Source: Octopus sinensis (taxonomy: Eukaryota). Taken from it: a stretch of 64,000 nucleotides of DNA. The stretch's first letter is position 1, and every line of letters starts with the position of its first letter. The translations under genes and the position numbers were made by a program. Under the pieces are notes generated by a model, which saw only the letters and a program-made list of their open reading frames with translations, had not been told where the DNA came from and searched no databases. The DNA is taken from positions 100,812,001 to 100,876,000 of the forward strand of contig NC_042999.1 in the NCBI RefSeq assembly GCF_006345805.1. Direction: 5' to 3'. Shown one piece after another: positions 51,380 through 64,000 of the stretch.

Positions 51380-52230
51380 CTTAACCATGCATACTTACTG
51401 TTTTCAAATCTATCAATGATGTGCCTGATGTCCTTGAGTATATTTGCAACTAGTATATTAACAACAGTAAATCTCTTATTGTGTGAGATACGACTTTAGT
51501 TGCTGCTTTGAAACAATGTTTGTTGAAGATATCACCCATAGTCCTGTATTCAAGAAACACATGTTGAAAAGGCATAATCCAAAAATCCAGAAAAGGCATA
51601 ATCCAAAAAATCCAGAAAAGGCATAATCCAAAATTACAGTAAAAAAATAGTGCAAATAATATTGGTGCCAAAACACAACGTTTAGTACCATTTTGAACAT
51701 CATAAGGCTGAGATTAACTATCATCTGAGAGAATAGATGCCCTCATATCACTATGATATTTAGCATTTGCTCAGAAACCTCAAGCTTTGTTAATACTTTC
51801 CACAAAGACTTTTGTAAGATCTAAACACCACATAGAAACTTTATAGTGCTTGAGAGCTTTCTTCTGAGCTTATCACAAACTGCATATCATATCCATTGTC
51901 TTCTGACCTGACTTAAACCACACTGACTCTCTAGCTACACAGAATTAATTAAGTCAATATTAATTCTGCTTAAGATGACACTAGAGAAGATTTTTCCTGC
52001 AACAGAGAGCAGTGAAATACTAATAGTGAAACTCATACCAGATACACTTTTTTCTGCTTCAGATTTACAAATCCAGAAGAAAGTAAATGCTATAACTACT
52101 TCATTCAACTGACCAGAATCTGGTAGCTCTGTCTCCAAAAGAACGGCAATGCTAACACTTTTACTTCTCAGAAACAGAGCTATAAATGCTGTTTTGCATT
52201 CAGGATGCTTCTTGTGGCCCTGAAGACACG
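51380..52230 (-). mobile_element. RTE (BovB-like) LINE RT fragment
   Basis: ISLLSVAGKIFSSVILSRI and downstream QF...SSEE, TKVFVESINK remnants; many stops. Confidence 0.7.
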
Positions 52231-52254
52231 ACATCACTCACACACACATGCATT

Positions 52255-52615
52255 ATCTTTTACTTGTTTCAGTCATTGTTTCAGTACCACTTTGAAGAAT
52301 TTTAGTTAAATGAATCAACCCTAGCACATATTCTTTTCACCCTGGTACTTATTCTATTGGTGTTTCTTGCTGAACCACTAAGTTACAAGGGCATAAACAC
52401 ACCAACACCAGTTGTGAAGTGGTGGTGGTGGTGGAGAACAAACACAGCCATAAAAATACATACACATATATGACAGGCTGCTTTCAGTTTCCATTTACTA
52501 AATCCACTTATAAGGTTTTGGTCAGCCTAAAGCTATAGTTGAAAACATTTGCACAAAGTGCCACACAGTGGGACTGAACCTGGAACCATGTGTTCGGGAA
52601 GAGCAAACTTCTTAG
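52255..52615 (-). mobile_element. tRNA-derived SINE family A, near full length
   Basis: Minus-strand head with B-box GGTTCAGTCCC, central CA-rich hinge, body as at 16970. Confidence 0.8.
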
Positions 52616-53439
52616 CACACAAGCACACACTGAAGTAAATGTGTCTGTGTATCTGAGTCAGTACTTTTATATCTTTTAGTGAAGGATATAAATGTTGACA
52701 AAGAATAGGTGCCTTTCAAAGTCAACTGAGTTACCTTGCCATTCTCTCCACCAGAAATACAGAGAACCAGTGAATGTCCAATTATAAACCTATATCTAAT
52801 GATGCTATTGTTCACAAATTGCAATATGAAATATAAATATAAATGTATGTATGCATGTATGTATGTGGGCATTTGCATATGTTATGTAATTTGTTAATGT
52901 AATATGTTTACAACTGTCTTCAGTAATAAAAATATACCATTCACAAATGCCCACATACAGATGCTTATGCACGCATATATACAGTATCTGTGCTATGAGA
53001 GTGTGTTTTACATTGTGACACATACATACGAAGGCAAGTAGTAGTTCATGAATTACATATGATTCCGATGTTTCAAGTATGGCTTATGGTAATATGTTGG
53101 TAAATTTTCTCATATGTATCATAATCAATATGAAAAGTGTGTGTGTGTGTGTGTGTAATATGATATATATATATATATATATATATGTCTATCTTTCATA
53201 TTGATTATATATATATAAATCATTGTTTTAGCATCCAAGTTTACATGCTTACATGGCTCAGATGCAATTTGTTGAGCACAGATGCCCTTCCTGTCACCAA
53301 CCCTCACCTGTATCTAGGTAAAGTAACATTTCCCCATGGCCAGACAAGTTTTTCATGGAAGGCTGAAAATGAAAGACACCACTTGCATGAAAATTATACT
53401 TGTTTACAACTATCACATGATATCTAGAGAAAACTAAAA

Positions 53440-53760
53440 TCTGGCACTTCGTTGGTTACAACAATGAGGGTTCCAGCTGATCAATGGAACAACCTGTTCA
53501 TGTAATTAATGTGCAATTGGTTGGGCACTCCACAAATACGTGTATCCATAATATAGTTCTCAAGGAGATTCAGCATGACACAAAATGTGACAAGGCTGGC
53601 CCTTTAAATACAGTTACTTCTCATTTTTGACAGCTGTGTGGACTGGAGCAATATAAAATAATGTAGCTTGCTTTAGGACAAAGTACACTGCCAGGAATTG
53701 AACTCACAAACTTACAATCATGAGCTGAATACCCTAACCACTAAGCCATGTGCCTTCACT
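53440..53760 (-). mobile_element. tRNA-derived SINE, longer body variant
   Basis: Minus-strand head ggcacatggcttagtggttagggtattcagctc...GAGTTCAATTCC (A and B boxes). Confidence 0.65.
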
Positions 53761-53963
53761 TGTTAAAAGAAGAAAGCATGAACACAGACATACATATGTT
53801 GGGTTTCTTTCAGTTTTTGTCCACTAAATCCACTCACAAAGCTTTGGTTGGCTTGAGGCTATGGTAGGAAACACTTGTCCAAGATGCCATAGAGTGGGAC
53901 TGAACCTGAAACTATGTGGTTGGGATGCAAGCTTGTTAACCACAGTCACCTGCACTTACCTAT

Positions 53964-53996
<33 letters not shown>

Positions 53997-55056
53997 TTGT
54001 GTAATAAGACAAAAGCTTGTAAATAACATAAGAGCTAGTTTCACATCACAGTATTTGCAGGCATATCCCATAGATCAGTACTGATGCAGCAACAAGACAT
54101 ACAAACTGATTTAAATAATTCTCTAGCATTTAGCAGCTGAAAAATCCATCATCAAATAACATTACGTTGTAAATGAAGTGTCTGCAATCAAAACATCCAG
54201 CAATCCTTGCAAATCAACAGCTGGCTCATCCAATGTGTACAGACATGACAGAATTTCAATGCCTCATCGTCAACATGGAGAAATGCAAGTAAAAAATGTT
54301 GATAGCTAAAGCGTAAATATTGTCAGATAAGGCTATAAATTTTCTAGTGAAGTATCTAATGAAGATACTTCTAACTCAATGCCATTATTTCTTTGTTTTA
54401 TCTTCTTTTTATTGTTTTGGCTTTTTAAAATTTCTCTTCTATGTTTTAACTAATAAATCTAACCAAATAGAGCACACAAGTTTCATTTATACAAGAGTTT
54501 CATATTACGTTACTGAAATGCATATATATTAGCTATTAAGATGAACATAGTTATTTTTGTTTTAAACGTACTCAAAGTATTTAAAATTCACTTCAAACAA
54601 TGGGTTAACAAAAGATTCAAAAGATTAACTTAAAGAGAATCAAAACTTCAGTTGTGCTAGATTCACAGAAGTAGGGGCACACATGAAATAAAGTAATAAA
54701 GTTCATAAGCTGATAGGACAACTCCATAGTGATGGTTTTAGCCACTAGGTGACATATATTTTGTTATTGTTAAGCCCCATAACATCCCTTGTTGAACAAA
54801 CCCATCATCAAAAAAAAGTCTAGCAATGAGTTGTTCCATCTGTTTTGGGGTATGCAGAACAACTTTGTCTCATCTGTCCTTTCCTCAAGACAGTAGGGTG
54901 TGGTTTGAGAGAGATTCAGCTGCTATGTCTAGTAGATTGTTCAATCACATAGAACAGTGATTCCCAAAATGTAGAGCATTGGTTTCCAATGAAGATAACA
55001 GTGATTCCAACGTATATAGCAGTGGTTTCCATTATGCAGAACACTGGTTTCACTGC

Positions 55057-55262
55057 ATCATCATCATCATCATCATTCATTTAGCGTCCGTTTTCCATGC
55101 TAGCATGGGTTGGACGGTTCAACTGGGGTCTGGGGAGCCCGAAGGCTGCACCAGGCCAGTCAGATCTGGCAGTGTTTCTACAGCTGGATGCCCTTCCTAA
55201 CGCCAACCACTCCGAGAGTGTAGTGGGCGATTTTATGTGCCACCGACACAGGTGCCAGACGA
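55057..55262 (-). mobile_element. OK-type SINE / RTE 3' end
   Basis: (CAT)n tail and near-identity to the reverse complement of 16080-16235. Confidence 0.85.
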
Positions 55263-56105
55263 AGCAATTTCCAATATATAGAGCAATGATTTCTATGTGT
55301 AGCACAAGTGGTATCTAATGAGTAGAATAGTGGTTTCCATGAATATGACAGCACTACAAATGTGCATTGAATAGCAGTTCCTATGCATTTAGCAGTTTAC
55401 AACCTTTTGCCATCTTGACCCTTATGGAAAATTAAAAACCTGTCAAAACCCTTATCTTTTTTTCTTAATATTTAAATAATAAAATGTGGGGATGCTCTTA
55501 ACATTTGATACTTTTCCTGAGAAAATATTTACCTTTTTTTTTTCAGTAAATGTTATATTATAGGCCTTGTAACTTTAGGTTATTGCCTAACATTAATTGT
55601 GAACATTTTATATTTTATCACATATTTATAAAGAGAAAGATTTTCTCTTTAAAATTCTTTCAGTATTACACTTGTACTCAAATTCAGTGAAAGGAGCAAT
55701 GCACATAGCCTTCACAGATACTGCAAGTCAGATTAGATTGATGTCATTAACATATTGCTTATACTGTTGTGAGCTGATAACTACAGGAAAGATATTCAAG
55801 GAGGAAATTCCAGAAGGCCTGTACTCTAGGTCTAGTGGTTGGTGTAGGACTGGGGTGGGAAACTGGACAAAAGTGAGGAGAAGGTGAGAGATGAGTGGAG
55901 GTGGCATGAGACCAATGAGCTTTGAGGAGCAAAGGCTGTCTTAATAACTGTACAAAAAAACAAAAGGAGAGAGTACATCTGTGAGCTGGAATCTAGGAAG
56001 TGTCTGAATGTCTTTTCTCTGGATGTGTGTGTAGCAGCAGCACCATCAAAGGTGTAGGAACAGTGCTCCATCGCAGGTTTTAACTGAACTACATTCTCTC
56101 AGAGA

Positions 56106-56160
<55 letters not shown>

Positions 56161-57779
56161 TGTGTGTGTGTGTACACATGCATGTTAAGCCAAAAACAGA
56201 ACCTTGACATAAAGCAGGCAAATGCCCCTCAAGTCATCAAACCCTAACGTCTACAAAAAAAAAAAAGAATATATTGGATGTTGTAGTTTTGAACTTGTGA
56301 CTGAAATAAGACAGGATGGTCATAACTAAGATGGTAATTGATCACAGACCTGCTTAATCAAAACAGACCTAGGGCCAAACAACAACATGCATGTGTGTGT
56401 ATGTGTGCATGCAAGCATAAATACATACATACATAAATGTTTGTTTTTATGTCAAGTTATATATAAAAGCAATTTAACATTAAACGAAAGGATTGCTCAA
56501 TACTCTTTAGTAGAGTAACTGTTCATTAAATTTTAAAAGGGACGGGTTGACAGTGACTTTGAAATTTTAGCTAACTCACTTGGATCCTAAACCAATCTGT
56601 TATTTGATCAGATGGTCTGTTTATTTATTGCATTAGTGTGTAAATGAGCAAGTACTTCAAAGGCATGTGTATCCTTCATGGAATCTGCATGTAACAAAGC
56701 TAGCCCCTTGAATTATATTATAACCCATGAGATGAGCTTTTACACAGTTTTCATCCACCCAACTTCACTCACAAGCCTTGGATCAGTCTAAGGTTACTGT
56801 ATAAATTGTTTGCTGAAGATGCAATGCAGTGGGATTGAACTTGAAATCTCATCATTGCAAAGCAAGCTCCTTGACTACTTGACCATATTTGTATCCACAC
56901 ACACATGTGTGTGTTAGTATGTATAATGATTACAGAGAAAATGACAATGGTGGAATCAATAATGGTTTCTGATATCAGCCCAGGAATCAATAGTGGGAAG
57001 ACACTAATGTTAAGTATAACTTAATTCAACTCTCAACTATTACAACTCCATTAATTCACTCAATCAATGCTAATCTATCTTCAACCAAATTATCAATATT
57101 ATGATGTTTGGCATGATGTCATTTAGTGTATTTAACATGCTTATCTATTTAACACGCCTAACTGATTATATATAAATGTTTAACATTGTCTTTTAATGGG
57201 TCTGCATATAGATTTGCTGAAAACTGAAATATTCTAAGTAGCTTTGCACAGGTAAAATAAAACCCAGTGTCACTTCATTAATTTCTGCTCAATATTTAAT
57301 TTGGAAATTTCCTCCATTTTTTTTTTCTTTTCTAGTTGATACATTAGACACTGTGCTTATTCTTGGTTGCTGCTGTAGTGAGCAGATGAGAGATCAATCT
57401 CTCCATGGACATAATTTTGGTTGATCTACTGCAGGAAGTAACTCATTACTGCATGCTAACAAATGATTCATGAATTCTACAGTACTGCTGCTGCTGCTCA
57501 CAGAGGTGTACTGCTGCTGCTGCTCACAGAGGTGAGTTACAAATGATACAAAATTTGGCACATAATCAAAACAAATGAAGTTATCAGGCTACTAGAAACA
57601 GCAGCCAAATTTCAAGCCACCGAGACAGCCTCTACATAGGTGCATATAAATCTTCTGCAAACTACATGCAACTACCTCAAATATGAACAGGACACATTGA
57701 ACAAGAGATTTCCTGATATACAAAAATACCCAATCAAGTTTGACCTAGGGCTAAACAACAACAATAACAACTTAGAGAC

Positions 57780-58905
57780 TTGGCTACTGAGAGATAAAAC
57801 CGGCATCCAGTGATTTCCTCCAGAGATTTGCAAGAGGAGCTGCAAGTTGCTGTCTGCATTCCTTCAGCACTCTAGCAGGGAACCTGTTCTGACCCCGTTC
57901 TGTATCAGGTTTGATTTCTTTTATTGCTGCTAGGATATCAATGGCATTGAAAGTTATGTTGGAAAGGACATGTTGAGGATTCACAGAATCAAAGCTGCTT
58001 GAGTTAACTGAATCAGGGTCACTGAAGACAGAGCAGTATTGACTTTGCAAGATCTGTCATACCTTTGGCATCAATATGAAGAATGCTGTTTCCATCAACC
58101 AGTGGGCTGATAAATGAAACTGGTCATTTATGAGGGTTCTCATACAGTCCTGCAGTTGTTGCTTCCTTGATTCCAAGGTTGTTAATGTTCTTGATTGGGG
58201 GTGATGCTGATGGTGGTATTTAAGGGTACTGATTTTTCGGATTATTTTTTTTATTCTCCTGGTGAGCTATTTTCTCTATTTTGGAATCCTGCATCTACTG
58301 TTGTTTATGAGTCATGAGGGTGTGTGTTTTGATCATATGTGGGTGACTGTGTCCACAAATAGTTGCCATAAATTGGTGTTTGTTGTGGTATTAGAGGAAG
58401 CAAGGATGAAGGACCAGTCCACTTGCAATAAGTCTTGAGTGATCGCACTCCAGTTTGACTTGTGTAAATTCATGTTATTTAATGGGTGCACTGGAGTTAG
58501 TGATTTATGCCAAATTTCCAGATGTTGAAGATCGAGGTTACAGAGTATTATGTCATGATCAGAGAGGAGGGTTCTTTTCACTGTGATGTTATGAATAGTG
58601 TTAGCATGGTTGCTTAGCACTAGGTCCGAGACACTTTGGTTATTTTTGGTTGGTTCATGGACGAGTTGTGACAGGAAAAAATTATCCGTAAATTTAAAAA
58701 GTAACTCCACTGCCGCTTTGTCTGAGCTTGAGGTGAAGGTTCCTGGTCTAACAATATTAGTGGACCAGCCAACAGAGGGTAGGTTGAAGTCGCACATCAT
58801 CAGAATATTTCCTGGGTTACATTGCAGAAGGAAAGATTTGATCTTCTCAAAGCACTCTTGGAAATAGTTTAAGGGTGCCTGTGGGGGTCTGTAGAGCCCA
58901 ATCAC
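57780..58905 (-). mobile_element. CR1/Jockey-group LINE fragment (AP endonuclease and start of RT)
   Basis: IGLYRPP...MCDFNLPSVGW...TKNNQSVSDLVLSN...SDHDII (APE); GQNRFPARVLKECRQQLAAPLANLWRKSLDAG (RT entry). Confidence 0.85.
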
Positions 58906-58924
58906 ATATTTATATATATATCTT

Positions 58925-59250
58925 TTATCTTTTACTTGTTTCAGTCATTTGACAGCAGCCATTTTGGGGCACTGCCTTGAAGGGTTTTAGTTAAACAAAT
59001 TGATACCAGGACTTTTTTTTTAAGCCTAGTACTTATTCTATCAGTCTCTTTTGCCAAGCCACTAAGGTACAGGGACATAGACACACCAACACACACACAC
59101 AAAGGGCTTCTTTCAGTTTCTGTCAACCAAATCTGTTCACAAGGCATTGGTCAACCTGAGGTTGTAGCAGAAGACAGTTGCCCAAGTTGCCACACAGTGG
59201 GACTGAACATGGAGCCATGTGGTTGGAACGCAAGATTCTTACCACACAGT
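58925..59250 (-). mobile_element. tRNA-derived SINE family A
   Basis: Minus-strand head catgactgtgtggtaag...gttcagtcccac. Confidence 0.8.
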
Positions 59251-59355
59251 CATGTATGTATATACAGATGAAATTTATAGAAAAACAAAAGACGAAGACA
59301 GGTGTATGAGCAACAAGCAAATGTATTAGTTTGACACTAAGGAAAATGAAAAAGT

Positions 59356-59391
59356 CTTTTATGTTTCGAGCCTGTGCTCTTCAACAGAAAG
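59356..59391 (-). ncRNA. Hammerhead-like motif with CUGUUGA core variant
   Basis: Minus strand: CTTT-CTGTTGA-a-GAGC-acag-GCTC-GAA-ACAT-A-AAAG, inside a ~190-bp repeat (59270-59460). Confidence 0.55.
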
Positions 59392-60429
59392 GAATAAGAG
59401 AAAATAAACAGAGAGAGAATGAAAAAAACTTTAGATTTCAGCAGTCCATAAAACAATTTAACATACATATACACTTTCTAATACAAACCATGCACAAACA
59501 CATACATATATCAAAATGCACATATATAACACATATATGCAACTTCATTCAAACCTTGCCTACATAAAGGCCTGTTCCATAAGTGCAAACACTGAAAGAA
59601 CATGCATAGATGAATATAGTTTGCAGCACATATAAATGTACATTATCTTATCTCTCAACATTGTCATCATTGTTGTAATAGCTTTTTCATTTGTTTCTGC
59701 TTCTAGCATCCTAGATTTGTAATACATATCAATCATATTCAGAGTTTTCTATGATAAATATCTAATTCTACTTTTATCAATTACTAAATAATGACTGATT
59801 TCACCAAATATTCCTGCGATACTACTTCCCATCACATTTCTGTAATACTACAACATCCGTTCCTGCCACATCACCATAATACATCTTCCTGTAAGCACCT
59901 TATTTGCAGATGGATGGCTCTTATGTCCTTGGAACTGTGCTAAATTCTTAGCCTTTCCAAACATAATCTATCACTAAAAAATTCATTACGCCAAAGTATA
60001 TTTATATGCTAGCATATGAAAATTGGAGATATATCCACTTTGAAGTTTTTAGAAACATGGCAGCAAAGCTAAGTATCTTTGGCATGGATAAATGGAGTGG
60101 AAACTGCTATATTTGATGATGCTTACACTATGATGCTGAGAACTCAAGGTACATTCTCCAAGTTCCATTTTATAGTAGGACTATGTTCTCAAACATATAA
60201 ACACATTTCAATTTCCACTGTGTGTTGGCTTGATAAACAAAAATCCAATACAAGAGTCTCCATAGTGTCACACATCCTGTTAGAAATAATGATCAAGTCT
60301 CCCTCAAATCACTTCCAACTTGGCATATTTTTACACTGCTGTCATAATCTGTAAGCATTACTTGCCTGGAACTTTATATCCATATGAATTACACAAATAG
60401 AAGGAATAAAGGCATGCTGATATATATTC

Positions 60430-60667
60430 TTTTATTCTTTAATTCTTTTACATGTTTCAGTCATTTGACTGTGGTCATACTGGAGCACCACCTTAAAGGG
60501 TTTTTAGTAGAAGAAACTGACCATTCTTTGTAAGCCTTGTACTTATTCTATTGGTCTCTTTTACTGAACTGCTAAGTTACAGGGGATACGTAAACACAGC
60601 AACATCGGTTGTCAAGCAATAGTGGGGGGACAAATGCAGACACATAAATATATACATTTATATATAC

Positions 60668-60720
<53 letters not shown>

Positions 60721-60870
60721 CAGACTCCTTTCAGTTTCCATCTACCAATTCCACTCACAAGGCTTTGGTCAGCCTGAAGTTATAGTAAAAGACACTTGTC
60801 CAAGATGCCACACAGTGAGACTAAACCTAGAACTGTGTGGTTGGGAAACAAGCATCTTACCACACATCCA
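60430..60870 (-). mobile_element. tRNA-derived SINE family A with expanded (TA)n hinge
   Basis: Same family as 52255-52615; internal (TA)n at about 60660-60720. Confidence 0.8.
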
Positions 60871-63800
60871 CAGCATTGTTACACTATAGGTTAATGGGTC
60901 CCTGAACTTTCTTGTGCACCTTCTGTTATTTAGCTGCAAAAATGTCTGCTATTTAACTGCAAGGTCTTTCTTTAAATACAGTTCTGTCTTGTGTAGTAAA
61001 AGCATTTTATTAATGCCAGAATATGATGAGATTACAAGCAAGAGATATCAAACATCTTGACTAACCACGTTCAATATATACAGATGAATCAATAAATAAA
61101 CAGGTTAATAAAAAAATTATTGCTTTTTAAATTTTCATTTCTGTAGACTTGCACAAAAACACACAAAAGTCTATAACTAAAACACTGAAGGTTGAGTCAG
61201 TTAACCGTGTCCCACTTCCCTGGCAAAAATATGTATTGTGTCTGAGTCTGAATATCTGAGTACAGACAGCAGTGTGGTCAGACACTTATGAAGTTCATTT
61301 TGAAATCATGAGAGCTAAGGTTCAGTCTCAGTGCAATGCACCTTGGGTTGATCAAGCCTTGTGAAAGAAACTATATGATGGAAGCTATAGAAGTGTCAAT
61401 CAGGAGGACTGCACATGTCATTGAAAGTCTTGGCCTTGTCATACTGCATTATGCTGATTCTGACTGAGGTTTATATTAAGGTACAAGGCATAAATTCAAT
61501 AGTCAGCCATTTCAACAGTCATGATAACAGTGTGCATGCTGGTGTGGTTCCATTATTCAAACTAGAATATGACTTGAGATTCAGCATATCAACTTGCAAG
61601 TAGTATAATATATATGCGTATAAGTATACACACACACACACACACACACACACATTTATGCTTGTAAGATTGGACCTTGGAAAAGGCAATAGTCATCAAG
61701 AATGTTTTCATTAATACGTGTGTTTGTGTTAGTAAAGGAAACATCTAAAATATTTTTTCATTAAAAGTACTAAACTTTCTTGAAAAACCAAAAACAATTT
61801 TTCTTTCTTCCATTCCTCTTTAAATACCCCCCCCCCCGCCGCTGCCACTTTTTTGTATTTTTCATTGACAAAAATCTATGTAACTTTGTGATGTTTCATT
61901 GTTCTTCAGTATTAATTATTTCTACTTTGAAGTCTTCCCAATCAATATGCTTTCAATAAGACAACAAAGATAACAGAAATTGAAATAAAAATGAAAATGG
62001 AGCACCAAGTAGCATTTCTAAACAGTTTTGAAAAACAGTGAAATACAAACGAGGAATAAAATAATTAGCCTCAGCACCCACCCACCAAAAACAAAACAAA
62101 AAAAAAAGTAAAAGAAAATGGGAAAGGGAAAAATTTTATTAAAGCAGACACCAAATTGATCCTGGAAAAGATTTCATAACAGAATGGGTGTTGTTGTTGT
62201 TGGTGGTGGTGGTGGCAATGGCAGCATTGTATTTTTTTCTGAAAGGGATAATTAAATCAAATTACCGTTTTTTAAAAAAGTTTTCTTGGTATTGTTGTAG
62301 TTATTGTTGTTGTTTGTTAGCTCCAGTTCAGCTGTGACATAACATGCGCCTCTTAACAAAGGCATTTTCCCTGTAACCATCCAGTAGCTCCTTCAAACAC
62401 TGCATATCTAAGAGGTTATTATCTAATGTGTGGTCCATAATCTGTCCTTCACTTTTCTCAGTGGCAGAGTGTAGTTCCAGATAGATTTGGCTACTGTTTC
62501 TAGCATAACCACACAGAATCTCCTTCATTTGTTTATAGAGTTTTGTAGTAGTCATAATAGCTATCCTCCTCTTCTTCCTCCTTCTCCTCCTCCTCATTTT
62601 CATTGTTGTTGCTGTTCTTGTTGTTCTTGTATACTTTTCCTAGCTTTCATGCGTCAGATGGAATCCAATGAGACAATTCTCTATGGCTAGATGCCCTTCT
62701 TGTCACCAACCCTCACTGTTTCCAAGTAAGGTAATTTTTTCCCCTGGCTGCACATGTTTTCACAGAAGATTAGAAATGAAGGACAACACTTGTATGATGG
62801 TGACACTTGTCAGAGCCAGGAGATGACAACAGAGAGACAAATGAAAGTGAACCAGAATGGTATAAGTGACAGGGAGGAGACGAAAATGTAAGAGGGGAGA
62901 GAAAGAGAAAGACTGATAGCTAGCACTAAAGAGTGATTGAGTATGTGTGCGTATATCTTTTAAGAAACATGAAAGAATAATCTTTACAAATCAGGGGAAA
63001 AAATTTACAGAGAGAAACAACTGAAACATTACCATATGTGAAGTTAGAGAAAAATGAAAATTTTATCTTTATGGAGAGAAGGAGGAGAGTGGGGGAGAGA
63101 GAAAGAAATAACTAATATTTTTTGAAATGTGATAAAAATATAAAACCAACTCTGCTTTCTGAAGTGTGTAAAGAATGGATTACAATGCATATATTACTGT
63201 GAAACTTTCAAATTAAAGAAATTATGGGAGAACCAGAACAATAATGAATTCAATGAGAAAAAACTTAAGATGGAGAAATGAAAATAGAAATCGACCTTTT
63301 ATAAAATGAAATGGGAATGCAATACTAAAAATCTTTACTATTGTCAAACATGAAATGCAAACCATTTGGAAATGTCCTTTCTATTTTCACATTTCCACAG
63401 AAATTGAAGAATGTCAAAACAAGAAGAATGATGACTTAAAAAGGTGAAATGAAATTGGAAAATAGTTCATAAGACATCAAATGAAAAAGAATAAAATAAT
63501 TCTTGGTGAAACAAAAATTTTTTTAAAATCTATTCATGAGACTAAGTTTTATGCATACAAAAATAATAAATGAAATGTCAAATTTAAGTTTTGAAAAATT
63601 GTAAAAACCCAAAAAGTGATAAGAAACTAACAACAATCAGCATGCACACTCATCATACAATGCTTGTAGATACTGCATTACATAACAGTAATTTGAACTG
63701 TAGAAATAAAGTTTCAATAAAGAAAGTGGGGTATAAGACAAAGTAAGCAATTGAAAAACTATGAAAACTAAGATATTCCAAACTGAAATATTCCCAGTTT

Positions 63801-64000
63801 AACAAATGAACTAAAATAAATCTACCAGTCCACTTTCCAATATCATATAGAAAGTATTGCTACTCTAGTGGTCTCAGTTAAAATGAATAAGCTTGACAAA
63901 GTGCAATACAGTTTAACAAGATTGTTGTTTTTTAACTATTAAGCTCATTATAGAGTTGAAAGAATTTTCAATATTTTTATTTACAATTTGTCTCGTTTGC

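Noticed and set aside
62328-62603. 71-aa-like open stretch considered as a host exon or pogo transposase piece
   Set aside because: No recognisable motif; flanked by trinucleotide repeats and lacking convincing splice sites.

Overview
AT-rich, repeat-dense eukaryotic DNA. The SINE/RTE repertoire, (ATG)n and (AAT)n tails and abundant microsatellites point to an Octopus genome (recognised from repeat families, not from a database search). The only host gene I can support is TULP4 (Tubby-like 4/Tusp) on the minus strand. Two of its coding exons are here (34207-34444 and 26570-27741), with canonical splice sites and compatible phases. I could not find the WD40/SOCS exons or the C-terminal Tubby-domain exons, so most of the window is probably intron. 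The rest is decayed mobile DNA: two full-length dead mariner elements, a maT-like Tc1/mariner remnant, a Gypsy integrase with PPT and 3' LTR, a Helitron derivative, R4/Dong-like, RTE and CR1-like LINE fragments, and many tRNA-derived SINEs. The most interesting signal is at least seven minimal type-I hammerhead-ribozyme-like motifs (CUGANGA / stem II / GAAA / palindromic stem III) in short non-coding elements from about five families. A cluster of fold-back palindromes lies at 18.2-19.3 kb. Also notable are two miRNA-sized hairpins, a 665-bp tandem duplication, and two R4-type LINEs that end in the (TAA)n tails of SINEs.
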